A DNA stretch of 64,000 nucleotides from Antedon mediterranea (taxonomy: Eukaryota; Animalia; Echinodermata): contig NC_092675.1 in NCBI RefSeq assembly GCF_964355755.1, positions 19,502,912 through 19,566,911 of the forward strand, read 5' to 3'. Numbering within the stretch: the stretch's first letter is position 1; each line of letters opens with the position of its first letter. The position numbers and the translations under genes were made by a program. The notes below the pieces were generated by a model. It was not told the origin of the DNA. It did no database searches and was given only the letters and a program-made list of their open reading frames with translations. Below are positions 10,337 to 23,307 of this stretch, in pieces.

Positions 10337-13300
10337 TTAGGCCTGCAGTCCCTTGCTGATAAGGAAGGATTCTTGGCTTGGTTCACGGCCTAGAAATTTC
10401 TTCAACATATCAATAGCATCCTGAAAAAGTAAGTATTACTTTGGTATAATTGTATAATAAAAGTGTAGCAAAAAAAACTGTAAAACAAGAGGCAGGTTTT
10501 CCAATAGCAGAAGCTTCAACACAATTTCTATATATTTATACTGTATATAGTATGTACTGTAGGAGCTGCAATAGTACAGTGCAGTGGCAAAACAATGACA
10601 CCACTATTAGAAGAATATTAACAGCATGCAAACTAGCAGTGTGGGAACATTAGCAATAGGTATCTTTTGATTTTCAACGGCCAAAATGAGCTAAGAATTT
10701 TGTGTCGCTGGTCATCCATCTGGACTTTTGATTGGAATTTTGAGCGATAAAGCAACTTCAACTTTCCCTGAATGCACATGTTACTATGTTGTGCAAATCA
10801 TAAGCTCCCTGTAGCAAGCTTTAGTTTCAGGATGTCAAAATAGAAGGTAATTTAATAGACTGTAACGGCTGAAATATACGTCCTGGTTACATTAACATCT
10901 TTTTCGTCTACCATCCTGAAACGAATACTTGCTACCCTTACTGTAGCAACAGTGATAGTATGACGATACTCACCATAGACCCACCAGGCTGAAGGATGTA
11001 TTTTCTATAATCCATTCCCACCTTTGGATTCATTATACCTTCCTTCTTGAAGCGGGAGTGGAACATATCCATGCAGTAAACTTCACTCCACTGAAAACAA
11101 AATAGATAGAATTCAATTCAAAATATACTTGTTCAATATCATTATCAAATAATCGCCTGATTGGTGGAACAAGTCTTCTCGGATAAGGACTATAAACTGT
11201 AGGTCCAGTGTACAAAGGTTGTCCATGTGCACTTTAAAGAACCAACTTTATCTTTCCAGAAAAGATTACCCCGGTGAACTGGTTCACAAAAAAGCCCTGT
11301 GCCGGAGGGATTACCACATGGTAGTCCTTGGCATGTGCCCAAAATATAAAATACATAGTCAGTAATTATCATAGTAATGCATACCAAATATCCATAGTAC
11401 TGTGCGTCATATCCATCAGCAAGATGGCCAAATGCTGCACACATGTTGGTGTTTGGAGTAGCAGGAATCTGCAGAACATCTTTGGAAATCTCAGCATAGA
11501 TGGATTGTGTATCAGCCTAGCATAATAAATACAAATAACGATTAAAATAGATATCTAAAAATAACCTTTTAGTCTGAGATTCTAAGTCAAGTAGCAGGCT
11601 TAGGTCGTGACCTGTGACCTAAGTAGCAAGTCTTTATGTTACTATACAGGTAAAGTTCATTATTTGTTTGTTCTTACTTTATCTTTAGTATGAATGGTTT
11701 GGTCAAAGGTTCCAAGCAAGATTTGACGCTGGTTAAACACTCCAGCATTTGCGTTGCGTGCCTTCACCAGCTTATCCATTAGTTCATCAGGAATAGCGCT
11801 TCCGTCCTTGTAGTGTTTTGACATACGCGACAGAGATTCCTTCTCCCACACCCAGTTCTCCAACATCTGTGATGGCGCCTCCACAAAATCACGCTCCACG
11901 CGTGTTCCACTGCAAGAAAAATGAATGAATTCACTAAAATGATTGTACACAGATCTTCGTAAATAAATTTCACTTTTATGAAGTCTTGGTGGTCTTTGTA
12001 CAGCCTAAACTTCAATAGTGTACTAAGTTTATCATAGGCCCTCACTGGCCCAAATACTTGTTCAATCCCAAGATGGAGTGGGTAGGTCTTAAAACTGTTT
12101 TTCACATACCAGTTCAATTATTTAAAATAATGTCTCATCTAAACAATAAATTTTTGAAAAATATAATTTCAATAGAGTAACAATAATGTTAATAGTAGAC
12201 TAATTTTTTCATGGTCTTGTTTGGTTTGGTTGGTTCTACACAAACCTGAAATATGTGAAGTCTGTTTGTCCCAGGATATCATGCATCACATGACCAAATT
12301 CATGGAAGAATGTTTCCACCTGTATTAACAAAAAATAAAAAAGGTGATCTAAAGTAATTTGAATATATGCAAATACCTGAATAAGCTGATCTCAGCCTGG
12401 GAACAGATCTGATGCATCACATGACCAAACTCATGGAAAAATGTCTCCACCTGTTGGCAATGGTTAATATAAAATAAACAATATTTTAAAAACATTTGAA
12501 ACTATACATACACAGCGTTTTTAAAATACAGTATTAATTAGTAACACAAATTAATTAACCATCACTTTTTATGGCACCAATTTCTTATATATTTGACTAG
12601 GATATTAAACTGCTAGTGTAAGGCAGCATATGACTAGCATATTGTCAAAATAGCTTACGAGTACCACTAGTTTAATAATCTATCGCTTGTGATTGGTCAA
12701 ATCACATGCATTGCGCTTACGTCGCATTAGGTCCTAGTGTGAACCAAGTTCAAGTTAAAATTTATTGTCAAAAATGTAAATGAAATTTGCCTTCCAAGGT
12801 TCAAATTACATTAAAAATAACAACAGTTAAAAACATACAATACTATATAATGGAAAAGATAATATGCTATGTATAAATAGGTAGGCACTAATTCCTTTTG
12901 TTTCATTTGTATCTCCTTTTCCCGCACTAATCTGAATTATGACATGTACAGCCACTGAAGAAGATATGTTTTATAAACCACTCTACTTTTTATTCATTTA
13001 TTTATTTATCTATCTAATTAATAATTGTACTGTGACCTCAATGTAGGTATAATGTTTTTTTATTTGTAAATGGTGCTTAAAGACTATTTTTAGACTTATT
13101 TTGACTCTATCCACATTTATACTTAATTATTTATACAGAAATATATTATCTATTATTTGTGGAAATAAAATAAAACAACAACAATACACTAAGTAAGAGA
13201 ACATGAGCAATAGGACTGCTACAACAAAATGTCTCAATCCAACAAGTTTCTAACTTCTTTTTCTACCTACATCATCATGAGTGAGAAGTGATGGTTGGTC

Positions 13301-16300
13301 TGAGGTAGGCTTGGTGAAGTTAGCCACCATGGCTGCAGCTGCAGACTGTCTGCTGCCATCTGGCTCTAAGCAACCAGGCTAGAAAAACGAAATGAATGAT
13401 GAAAGCAGGTTAAGATACTTATACTTTAATATAAAGCTATGTCTACATTATCAAACTAGTTTATAATGTGTATTGTTCCCAAATATGGTAGTGATATGCC
13501 CAAATATGATAGTGATATGACATCATCATGTCCATATATGGGCACATCACATTTTTTTTTCACATAGTGTAGACAGAGCTTTATAGAGAACAACATCTGT
13601 TTTAAAACTTTCTAATGGATTAAATCTGCAACTGGACAGGAAATTGAACCAAGTTTCTAACAGATACAAAAACTGTGTAAATGTTTACTTAATTTTTTCT
13701 ATAGAAATCAATTATATAATAATTTTACCTGCAATCCAAAGCATGCTGCATGGCTGAACTTGCCTTCACGTGGGAAGAGGTCAAGAAAGAAATGACCCAT
13801 GAACTGGTCAGTTGCTACATCAATTACAGTGAACTAAAGACAAGGACAAAAAACATTTTAAATTACACATATTTAATTAATTAATACAAAAAATAATTAC
13901 TTCAGAACTATTCAGATAGCAGCGCATGTAAAAGGTGTTACAATATTATACAACAAGTGGGGAGATGGCGAGAGATGGGGAAGTGTATTACTCACCATTT
14001 GTACATCCTCATGCCATACTGGGGGGTTCTCAACTTCCTTGAATTTTAGGCCGAGAAGTTCCTGTAAGAAATAAAATAATTTTAAACAACCTTGGACTTT
14101 CAAGATTTGTGTATATTCCCAATTAAATTTAACACTTTATCTATAAAGAAACATGGCAGGTGAATACTATACCTGATATATGTTTAATAATCCAGTGGTC
14201 ACATGATCCAATGGGAAGTATTCCTTCAGTTTATTGTGATCAATGGAATATTCCCTTTCCTCAGCGATTGTCATGTAGTAACGCATATCCCAGTAGTTAA
14301 TCTTGCTGTCAAATTCAATGCCTAGTTCTTTGCACTGTGAATAGTAATAACAATAATACGTTGTTCTTATATAGTGCTTAATGTTCAAAGCCTCTGAAAA
14401 CATTATTACCAAACACATAATTATGGACACATATTTCCATAAATGTTGCAGCTAGTAATCAGCGCAGTGTTCTTTTTATCTTACCAGGTACAAATTTGTA
14501 CACTTGGGTGGAGAAAATAAAAGTAAGTGTCTTGCCTGACATGACACAAGCAATGCAACAAGCATTGGACTCAAACTTCTAATCTCGAAATCAGAAGTCA
14601 AACACATTGTACCACAAGCTCTCATCCATAGTAAACAATACTAAATGTATAAATATTCATTCTGACATAAAATCACTACATGTTGATTCTATTTATAGCA
14701 GTCATATACTTCCATGCTATAAATCAAATTACCTCCTCTTCCTTGTATTGTAGAAAACGCTTCAATTCCTTATCCTGTAGAGGACGCAATTTCTGAGACA
14801 AATCCTTAAGAAAGGTTGCAACAGACTCTGCTTTCTTTGCCATACGCATGTCTAGGATGAATGCGGCATGCGTTGGGAAATCAAGTAGTTGGGATTTCTG
14901 GAATTAAAGAATATAAATTATTAATTCATAACTTGAATTATTATATATATTGTAACTGCAGATTGTGCTAGTATTCTTAGTGGTCTTCTGTTCTTGTAAA
15001 ATGAATCATTAATGGCAATGTACTTTAGGGCAAAAATTCTAGCATTCAAAAACTCAGGGTCATGGGTTCAGTAACAGGAATATTCCCATGATCAGAACAG
15101 TTCCACTAAATGAAATTGATGAACCTGTTTCCACTAATAAAGTCTCATTGAAGATACTTAAAATTTGTTGCTAAATATGTGAAGTTGGATTACATCAAAA
15201 TTATTCTCACCTTATGACGAATTTCAACTAACTCTTCCATTATCTTTGTGTTAGCTTCTTTGCACCTAAAATAAAAAGTGTAGATTTACAGTATATCCCT
15301 ATAATGTACATTCACATGGTCCCTTTTAATACCCATCAAGTGACCAAGAATTTGTGGGTATAATACATAAGGCAATCGTATAAGAACAAATAGAGACTGA
15401 AAATATGTGTGTGTATGTATAGGATTACCTAGAGTTAAAGGCAAACTCCATCTGCCGTCTGGTCTCTGGATTTCGACATTTCTTCATGACAGGGAAGTAG
15501 TCTGGGTACTGGAGAGTAACTTTACACTTGCCATCACTGGTCTAAAATATGACAAAACAATTAGTAAACAAAGTAGATAGGTAGAGCCACTATTTTCCTT
15601 AACAGGAATTTGCAACACTTTGTTGTGTCATTCAAGTATAAGATTCTATTAGAAAAGTTATATTTTCATTTCAAGAACATTTCTTACCTTTTCAAACCTC
15701 TTGATAACATCTGCTGGTACACCATCTAAACAGAAATTAAAGAAGTTGATGATACCAATCAATAAGAAATATATGAAGCAATCAAATTAAAGTTGGCATT
15801 AAAGTATTAATTACTGACAAGGCAGACATGGTAACATTGAGCCGCTGTTGCAAAAGCATTACTCCAAATACAAATATTAGTTCTTAAGAATAATAATATC
15901 CTGAATTTATATAGCGCCTAATGTTGTGAAACCTCTAAGCGCTATACAAAATCTAATACGATAAAAGGGATTCCAACCATGCCAAAAAAAAAACCCAAAC
16001 GTCGCTAACCAGGGATCAGTCAAATTGAACCCCGGTCAGCACCAGTTGTGTCTCGGCCATCCCTGACTCAGGTGCCTCCTGCCCTACTTACACTAGATCT
16101 AAAATAAAAGAGAAAAAAGACCCCTGACTTGTAGAAGAGTGAGAGAAACTCTAAACTTTCCTGGAGTATAAATACCCTTGCTTCTCTTACCTAATTCTTT
16201 CTCAGTAAACTCTAACACAGTGTTCTCATCATTGATATTCTTGTTGAAATCAATGGCAATGTCACTAGCTCTTTTCTTCATGGCTTTTATCTGATCTTGG

Positions 16301-18820
16301 ATATCTTTTGCCAGATGCAGTCCTGAAGTAAACAAAGATACAAATGACAAATAATGTAGGCCTACTTCACAGATCGAATTGTAAATCATCCCAGTAATAA
16401 AGGTAAAAATCTGTGAGGCAGGTGAGTATTTAATTTGATGGCTACAGTACTCCCAATGGTTTTAATAAGTTAGTAGCAAACAAAACACAAGCCAAATCAT
16501 TTGTCATTCCTTCTTCACCTAAAAACCCCATCCCAAAACTTGTTTGTCATCAATCAAATGTTACACTTACCGTTTCGTCGACCCAATTTGATGAGTTTCT
16601 CCAAATAACGTTTGGCTTCTGGTTTAAGTTTAGAGACATCAGTTTTACTCTGAAATGCTACCAAATTATCAAAAACATCTTGCCTCATACTGGAATAAAA
16701 TAAATGTACTCAATTACAGACATACAGTTTAATAATATGGACTCATCTTCATTAGTTCTGTCTTAAGGTGGTCCATGCTTTAACCATAATAGAATAGTAG
16801 CTATTGCTAACAGTACTGTATGCTGTCTCACTCATGGACTGTATAGTTATTTAAATAGGCCCAACCTATGCAGTTGTTTTGAGAGCTTTAGAGTTACTAT
16901 AGTAATGGTACTATACTATACCAATGTCATTAAGGCATGTAGGAGCTTCAATTTTCAATCACCAGGTAGAATTCAATTTGTGTAATAATTATTTCATATT
17001 TTTAAAATGTATATATGCACACAAAAGTGTATATTTTTAGATATATCATATTGCCATACCTCATCTCAACATCAAATTCAGATAGTTTTTTATCTGCCTC
17101 CGTGCTTGCCTCGCGGATCTCTTTCTTGGCGGAGACATGTTGCGGAAAGTCTAACATGTTCCTCTGCACACTGTAGTAACTATCATTGTTTGTCATAGCC
17201 TGAAAATAAATTTTTATATTATAAAATAAAAAATGTATAAATTTTTTTTAATGTTGTCACCATATTTATGTTTTTGTTTGGTGTTTGATGACGTAGGCCA
17301 CACCTTCTTACCGACTCTGAAATTTTAAATTATGTTCTGCGATTGTTTTGAACACAAAAGATGGGTCAAGTTTGGGGTTTTGGGAGGGTGTCGATTTAAT
17401 TTATCGATAAACAAGTAGCAGTTTCCAATAAGGTTAAACTGAAGCTGGTCTTAGACTGGTAGGGAGAAAGGGGAAAAATTCATTACATATAATTTATAAT
17501 TATAGCGTAACTAACTGTGTACTTCTTAAGTAAGTCTCTGGCAGGGTGCAGGTCAAGTCGGCCCCAAACCGTCTCGGCCAAAGTCAAGTCGGCCCCACGT
17601 CAAGTCGGCCCCAAGTCAACTCGGCCTCAAGTCAACTCAGCCAAAAACTAATCGGTCAACTCGGCCACAATAAAGTATGGAACGCAAAAAGTGCTTAATA
17701 TTATTACGATTCTTACTATCCACGTTTTAAAAAAAATGAAGAAATAAAAAATATAATATCATATAAAAAAATGAACTCATTGCCGATATGAATAGAAGTA
17801 CCCGCGTGTTACAAAAAACACGTGCAGGTACCGTATTTTAGGAAATCGAAGACGGAGGCCTACGTTCCACCATTTGGCCATAGAAAAAATGATCGTACAT
17901 CGTTTTTGTGCATGATTTGCGTTTTAAAAAAAGGGGAATCCCCCGGTCAGCGAAAACACGTAGCAGTTGTAGATATCGAAAAAGCTGGCAAACGCACTGC
18001 TACGAAATTTTATTAAACGTAAATAAAGGAAAGTTGGTGAAATCATTCCTATTTTTTTTGCTAAATATATTACTGTATTGTCTAAATAATAATATTCAAT
18101 TCATTAAAAGTCAGAATTATTCATAGTTAAAAAATTGTGAAGAAATATTATTTTATCAATCCCCTTTATTTGCACTTTTTGCGTTCCATAGTGGGCCGAG
18201 TTAACCGATTATTTTTTGGCCGAGTTGACGTGAGGCCGAGTTGACTTGAGGCCGAGTTGACTTGCGGCCGAGTTGACTTGAGGCCGAGTTGACTTGAGGC
18301 CGACTTGACTTGAGGCCGACTTGACTTGGGGCCGACTTGACTTTGGCCGAGACGGTTTAGGGCCGACTTGGATCGAAACCCTCTGGCATATAGGCCTAGC
18401 TAGGCCCTACTTCTGTATTAACTATGCATTTTACTGAGCCTACTTAAGACTAGTTAGTCTGTCTAGTAGGCCTAAACAAAAGATCATAAATATGAAAGAA
18501 TTAAATACATTGGGCGTGGAGGTAGCAACATAAAATTATAAAAGAACAATAAACAAAGCAAACGGGAAACCGAATAAACAAAAGGATAGGCTATGCTTGG
18601 TAACCACAGACGCTCACCAGCCACCTGCTGCTGCTGCACATGTTTGCCTTCGAATTCTTACCTGAATGGTGTTTTCATAAGTCAATTCATTCTCCTTTAG
18701 ATTTCCAACCTTATCGTATACATCTCTAACAGTTTTTATCAAACTATCTACCCGGTTTTTTATATCTTCAGCGCTTAAATCCCAAGTCAGTTTAATACGG
18801 TCCAAAAATGTATCAGCCAT
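10337..18820 (-). CDS. THOP1: Thimet oligopeptidase / neurolysin-like M3A zinc metallopeptidase
   Basis: Exons 18662-18820, 17060-17199, 16571-16689, 16191-16322, 15688-15725, 15429-15541, 15211-15265, 14733-14897, 14173-14334, 13996-14061, 13729-13833, 13271-13378, [12377-12450 or 12246-12319], 11678-11909, 11385-11516, 10974-11090, 10337-10420; 2001 nt in frame. Motifs [79 protein letters not shown]. The VET and VERD residues are THOP1-type. Confidence 0.93.
11160..11345 (+). mobile_element. SINE fragment resembling the Nin/Deu central domain
   Basis: TCTTCTCGGATAAGGACTATAAACTGTAGGTCC...TTAAAGAACC...ACCCCGGTG resembles Nin/Deu-domain SINE cores as recalled; no search was run. Confidence 0.5.
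12246..12319 (-). CDS. THOP1: Oligopeptidase catalytic exon copy B ([25 protein letters not shown])
   Basis: 74 nt, T-rich tract plus CAG acceptor, GTTTGT donor, same phases as copy A. Confidence 0.88.
12377..12450 (-). CDS. THOP1: Oligopeptidase catalytic exon copy A ([25 protein letters not shown])
   Basis: 74 nt, CAG acceptor, GTATTT donor, phase 0 to 2 matching flanking exons. Confidence 0.9.
13435..13580. mobile_element. MITE family B (TIR AGCTCTGTCTACACTA, TWA target), copy 1
   Basis: TIRs plus internal CCCAAATATGGTAGTGATATG repeats; homologous to 27776-27915 and 37889-38008. Confidence 0.8.
14440..14615 (-). mobile_element. Degenerate tRNA-derived SINE (CORE/Meta-type)
   Basis: Reverse strand reads ...GGCAAGACACTTAC...TCTCCACCCAAGTGTACAAATTTGTACCTGG, typical of this SINE body. 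Confidence 0.5.
15900..16080 (-). mobile_element. SINE/L2-like 3' tail remnant
   Basis: Reverse strand TAGCGCTTAGAGG...AGGCGCTATATAAAT tail; a similar tail lies at 27261-27305 (+). Confidence 0.45.
17544..18381. mobile_element. Foldback / MULE-like non-autonomous transposon in oligopeptidase intron 1
   Basis: TIRs of about 145 nt built from 15-nt AAGTCAA(G/C)TCGGCC(C/T)C units; GGG...CCC termini; flanking direct repeat (C)TCTGGCA of 7-8 bp at 17536-17543 and 18381-18388. Confidence 0.85.
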
Positions 18821-19837
18821 CTTTCGTTCTTGTACTTGGTAAAAAGGACGCTGCACGTCTAGTTCCGGATGTTTGAAGAAATTAAATCATTGATCGAATC
18901 TTAAATTGAAACACCGCCCTCTAAAATTAGTATATAAGATCTTTGACGGAATACAGAAAGTGAGATACCCCCTCTATCGGCTGTTTCTATCACCGTTTCC
19001 AATATTCTGCAATGACACCTGGGAATTGTTTTATGTTATTTAAAAAACAACATTTACACACATTATATCACGGCAAAAATACAACAGGAGACACAGGAAC
19101 ATTTTTTTTTACATGCCTTGATTTTAATTTAAAACGAAAAATATTTCTTACGAAAAACGCCGTTCGACTTTTTAACAGTTTTAATTATTGTTCTTTCTTC
19201 ATTAATGATGCTTTTTGCTATTCTATTTACTTACTAATTCAAGAAATAATTATTTATTATCTTAAATGCTCTATTTAATCATAAAGCAACTGTTTTGAGG
19301 ATGAATACTATGATTGGATTCAGATTTCCGTCTGTAGTTGATTATTGATTATATCAATCAATTAATTAAATCTGCAATCAAACAATTAATTTTATTTTCA
19401 AGTCTTTGCAGTAGGACTAAGTACGTAAACTTAAAGTCGACACCAATTCAAGCAAATTGGAATGGCTATTAAGAAGGTAGCTAGTATGATTTTGTTATTC
19501 TATAAGTGCAATTCAGCTCTATTTTTTTAATTTGTGTGACGGCGGTATGGATAGATAGAAGGCAAAGATAGTTTACCTATTTCCTAAATTAAAAGAAAAA
19601 CATTATTTATTTTCCATTTTTAAAGCAAAAAAGAGAGAATCCGTAAAGATTTGAACTGTGAGTTCTCGAAACAGAACATTACCGTTATGCCACCAAGTAC
19701 TGACTGAACAGCTGACAATAGTCTATTTATACGTGCTTCATAATATTACGTAATTCATCGTGGCGTCATAAATATGCATATTCATGAACGTCACCTTGAG
19801 GGAACAAAGCTTGTATTAACCTTTTTATAAAAAAATG

Positions 19838-20079
19838 ACCGCCGGTTAGCTCAGTCGACTGAATGTTGTCGGTTCGAATCCCATGCTGGTGGTCCACGGC
19901 GGAACATTCCGTGGTGGAATAGAGTTCAAGCTATGCGAGCTTCACAGAATTATACGTCCCCTTTCCACCACGTCATGAGGCGGTAACATCAATGCATCTG
20001 TTGTGGTGGAAACGACCCTCAATGCTGTGGCAGAACCTTAGTGCTGAGGCAGGGAGAGCACACCATAACATTTTTTTTT
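19838..20079 (+). mobile_element. tRNA-derived SINE-like unit with Pol III A/B boxes and oligo-T end
   Basis: GCCGGTTAGCTCAGTCG (A box 19847-19857), GGTTCGAATCC (B box 19871-19881), GC-richer body, T9 at 20071-20079. No anticodon arm, so not a functional tRNA. Confidence 0.65.
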
Positions 20080-23000
20080 CTGTCGCTTACGCTATCTCCT
20101 TTGATCTGGTAAATGCTATGTTTATCGCCCTCAATTTTAAGAACACCCGCGTTATAATGTCAGAAAATTTAAAACAAATATTATAAGAACATTAATTTGT
20201 AAAGATGCAGATCTCTAGACCAACTTCGAAGTTGGACTAATTCGCCATAGGGTTAGACTAGGCATATGATTCGAAGCCTAGAATGTTAACTAGAGAGTCG
20301 CACCTGGATATTAAAATTAATAACTAGGCTTTTTTTATCCACAAATAATTATAATACAGTAGTAAATATGCAACGCAAAACAAAAAAAGTAATCTTTTCT
20401 GGTTTTATTCACCAACTCTGATTAACAAACATCAATAATTTTAATTACATAATTTTCTCTTTATAATATTATGTACATCATCTACCCGATAACTAATTTT
20501 TATTTCAGTTACCTTTTATACAAAAACTCAATCACAAAATATAATAATTACTGTATTAAAATAACGTGCGAGTATTTCGGCAGTAAGTGTGTAAAATTTA
20601 CCAAATTGATAAAAGTTTACATAAAATTATCATTTTTCAAATGTTAATCATGTATGGATCAATTTAAGTTAATACTAAATATAACAAAATTACAGAATGT
20701 TAAATTTACAATATTTATAATATTCTATACAAACATCTTTATCAAGGTTAATCTTATCTACTTTAATGTACAACGGCATTGGTTGACAGTTACAATGTCA
20801 TTTTAAACAAATACCACGTACTAATACTGTATCGGTAAAAAGTCGCCTGATTACTCATGTTTGCGCAAAAGAAAAGAATCCCGCAAAAAGGTAAGCAAGC
20901 AAATGAAGATAAAAGAAGAACAGAATAAAGAAACCTATTAAACACCATAAAAACATTGTAACAATAGGCAACCAATCACTAAATACGGCATTGTAGTATT
21001 TATGTTTAAATATAATTACTTGTTTTCGTTAAGTTCAAAAAACAAAGAATTACATTACCAGTAAAACTTTTATTATTAAAATAAAAATGAATGCATCGTT
21101 TTACCATGGCTGTACAAAGTGCAATTTAGAAATTTAGAAATTTTTTCAAGAACATAAATTATCTTATATCTTACATATACTACTTAAAAATGGTATTTAT
21201 ATTAACATATATGAATAAATAGTGTGTGTAAGAGTGTTAAAAACACACTGTACATAAAAAAAACGGTACAGTAGCTCAGTGAGAAGACATTCTGAACAAA
21301 TTTTAAGCGCAAATAAAACAAGAAAGCATTATATTGCACTCGAAAATAACTCGACATACTCAAGGAAAATATATAAATAAGTAGGGTAAACATATTTACA
21401 TTCACAAACATACATCAGCTCTAATTATTAGAGCACACTTTATTTTTGGTACAACATAAAGCATCAATTGCCTACAAGTTACCAAAACACAAATTCACAC
21501 ACATTTTTCAAACAATGGGATAACAAACACACATTATAAATCATGATAACATCACGATATTAAAATTTTAAATAAAACAGAATCACCTGATTTTTCTGTT
21601 TCAAAAATATAGAATTGTATGCAAATTCACTCTTATTTAATAATTGTTCTTTGTAGACTTTTAAAGTTTATAATATTTTTAAAAGATCAATTAGTTCCAA
21701 AAGTGCTTTATGATAAATTTCAAAATTTAAACAATTTGATAAATCAAAGTAATCTAACAAGAGGACAATGAGCTCGCCTTGCCAAGATAGTCTTTTGATC
21801 TTACGACTGGTTATGACAAATACAAATACCACGGTTTCTGTAAAGGTACGTGGAACTGATCGTTTTGCAGCCATAGATAAACCCTTTGATGTCCAGAGCT
21901 CAGCATACTGTTGTTAGATTGCCTTAATTAGACTATATTGTGAACTTTCATGAATCACTGGCCATTTGACAAAAGTATAAAACAAGTAAAAAAAGTATAT
22001 TAAAATCCCAGTGGAGTGAATGCTTCCCTGAGACACCTTACAAAATAAACATTCATTATAATAACACAATAAATGCTTTTTTATACAGAGTATATTTCTT
22101 GTTATACAGGTATAGAGAAAATAAATATTTTTTAAAAGGGAACAAGTGTGAATGAAGTGTCCATAGTTTCTTAAAAAGCAGCTGGTCTTTTGTGGCATGG
22201 AAGTGCCTAACACACACCTAGAATGTCCCTCATGTGTGCTATTTAAAGCACAATTACATTCTTGGTAAACTTCTACACTAAGATACCAATTACACACCTA
22301 CAGTGCCCCTGAATGTGTTTGTATAAAACCTGCAATTTCCAAAGGGCAAGGCCTGAAAAAGTAAAACTTTATAAAAACAAGGTACTTATTCTTTTAATTA
22401 TATAATGTATTATAACTATTCTTAATAGTTATTTGTAATTTAAAAGTTACTTCAAGACTTCAGCCAAGAAAGATCTTCTACAAATACAGTTCTTGATTAA
22501 AAAATCTTGAAGATTAAAATCTTATATTAAAACTAATGGATGAATCAACAAGTGAACTATGTGAATGTCTGCACAATACTATTAATATGTACACATGGGA
22601 GAATTCTTCAATATTTGGTTTAATGATTTTATAATAGATGTTGTTGTCTACTATCTTATGTAACCAAAGTCCTTAAAAACTAAAGATGCGTTTTTATATA
22701 GTATATATTAAATAACCCGCTAATTGTAATTTACAATATAATCCAAGTTACACTGGATTTGTCATATCACCACAATGAATATACTGTAAAGAAAATACTG
22801 ATTTACCAATATCTAATTAACCACTAGACCAAAACATTTATATACAAACCTGAAAACAATATCTACTTATGTACATAACACTCTTATGAACAGTTTATAC
22901 AAATCAAGTTGTCAGGATCAGTTAGAAATTATAAGAGCATAATATCTCTATGTTACTTAGAATATCATAAATAAATAAATATAAATTTATATACGCTGTA

Positions 23001-23307
23001 CAAATCATACAAGTTTATGTATACTGTATTAGCACCATCGAAACAACGTCACATGACATCTGCTAATATCTTGGCAGCAAGTAAATTCACACACTATCTT
23101 TCTTTTTTACATCATCTGAAAAATAAAATTATAAAATTTATACATTGTTATATATTCTAGAAGTATACAATATTATTTATTTTATTAAATTCTGGTTAAC
23201 AGCAGCAAAATCCCTATCTATGTTCTGTCCATGAAACTACTGTTTTTTTTCTATTTCTTTATTATCTTCTTTATACTTATAATGTTTGAAATTGGGGTCA
23301 GCCTTAA

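Noticed and set aside
17550-18370. Regularly repeated 15-mers resembling a CRISPR array
   Set aside because: No unique spacers; arranged as inverted arms of a transposon in a eukaryotic intron; no cas genes.
18821-18856. GTG-initiated N-terminal extension as a neurolysin-like mitochondrial presequence
   Set aside because: No upstream in-frame ATG, an in-frame TGA lies just upstream, and the 12 residues are not presequence-like.
18910-18985. CTCF-like CGCCCTCTA / CCCCTCTA motifs as an insulator
   Set aside because: Only partial matches; cannot be distinguished from ordinary promoter sequence.
19841-19890. Functional tRNA gene
   Set aside because: Anticodon arm and acceptor-stem pairing are absent.
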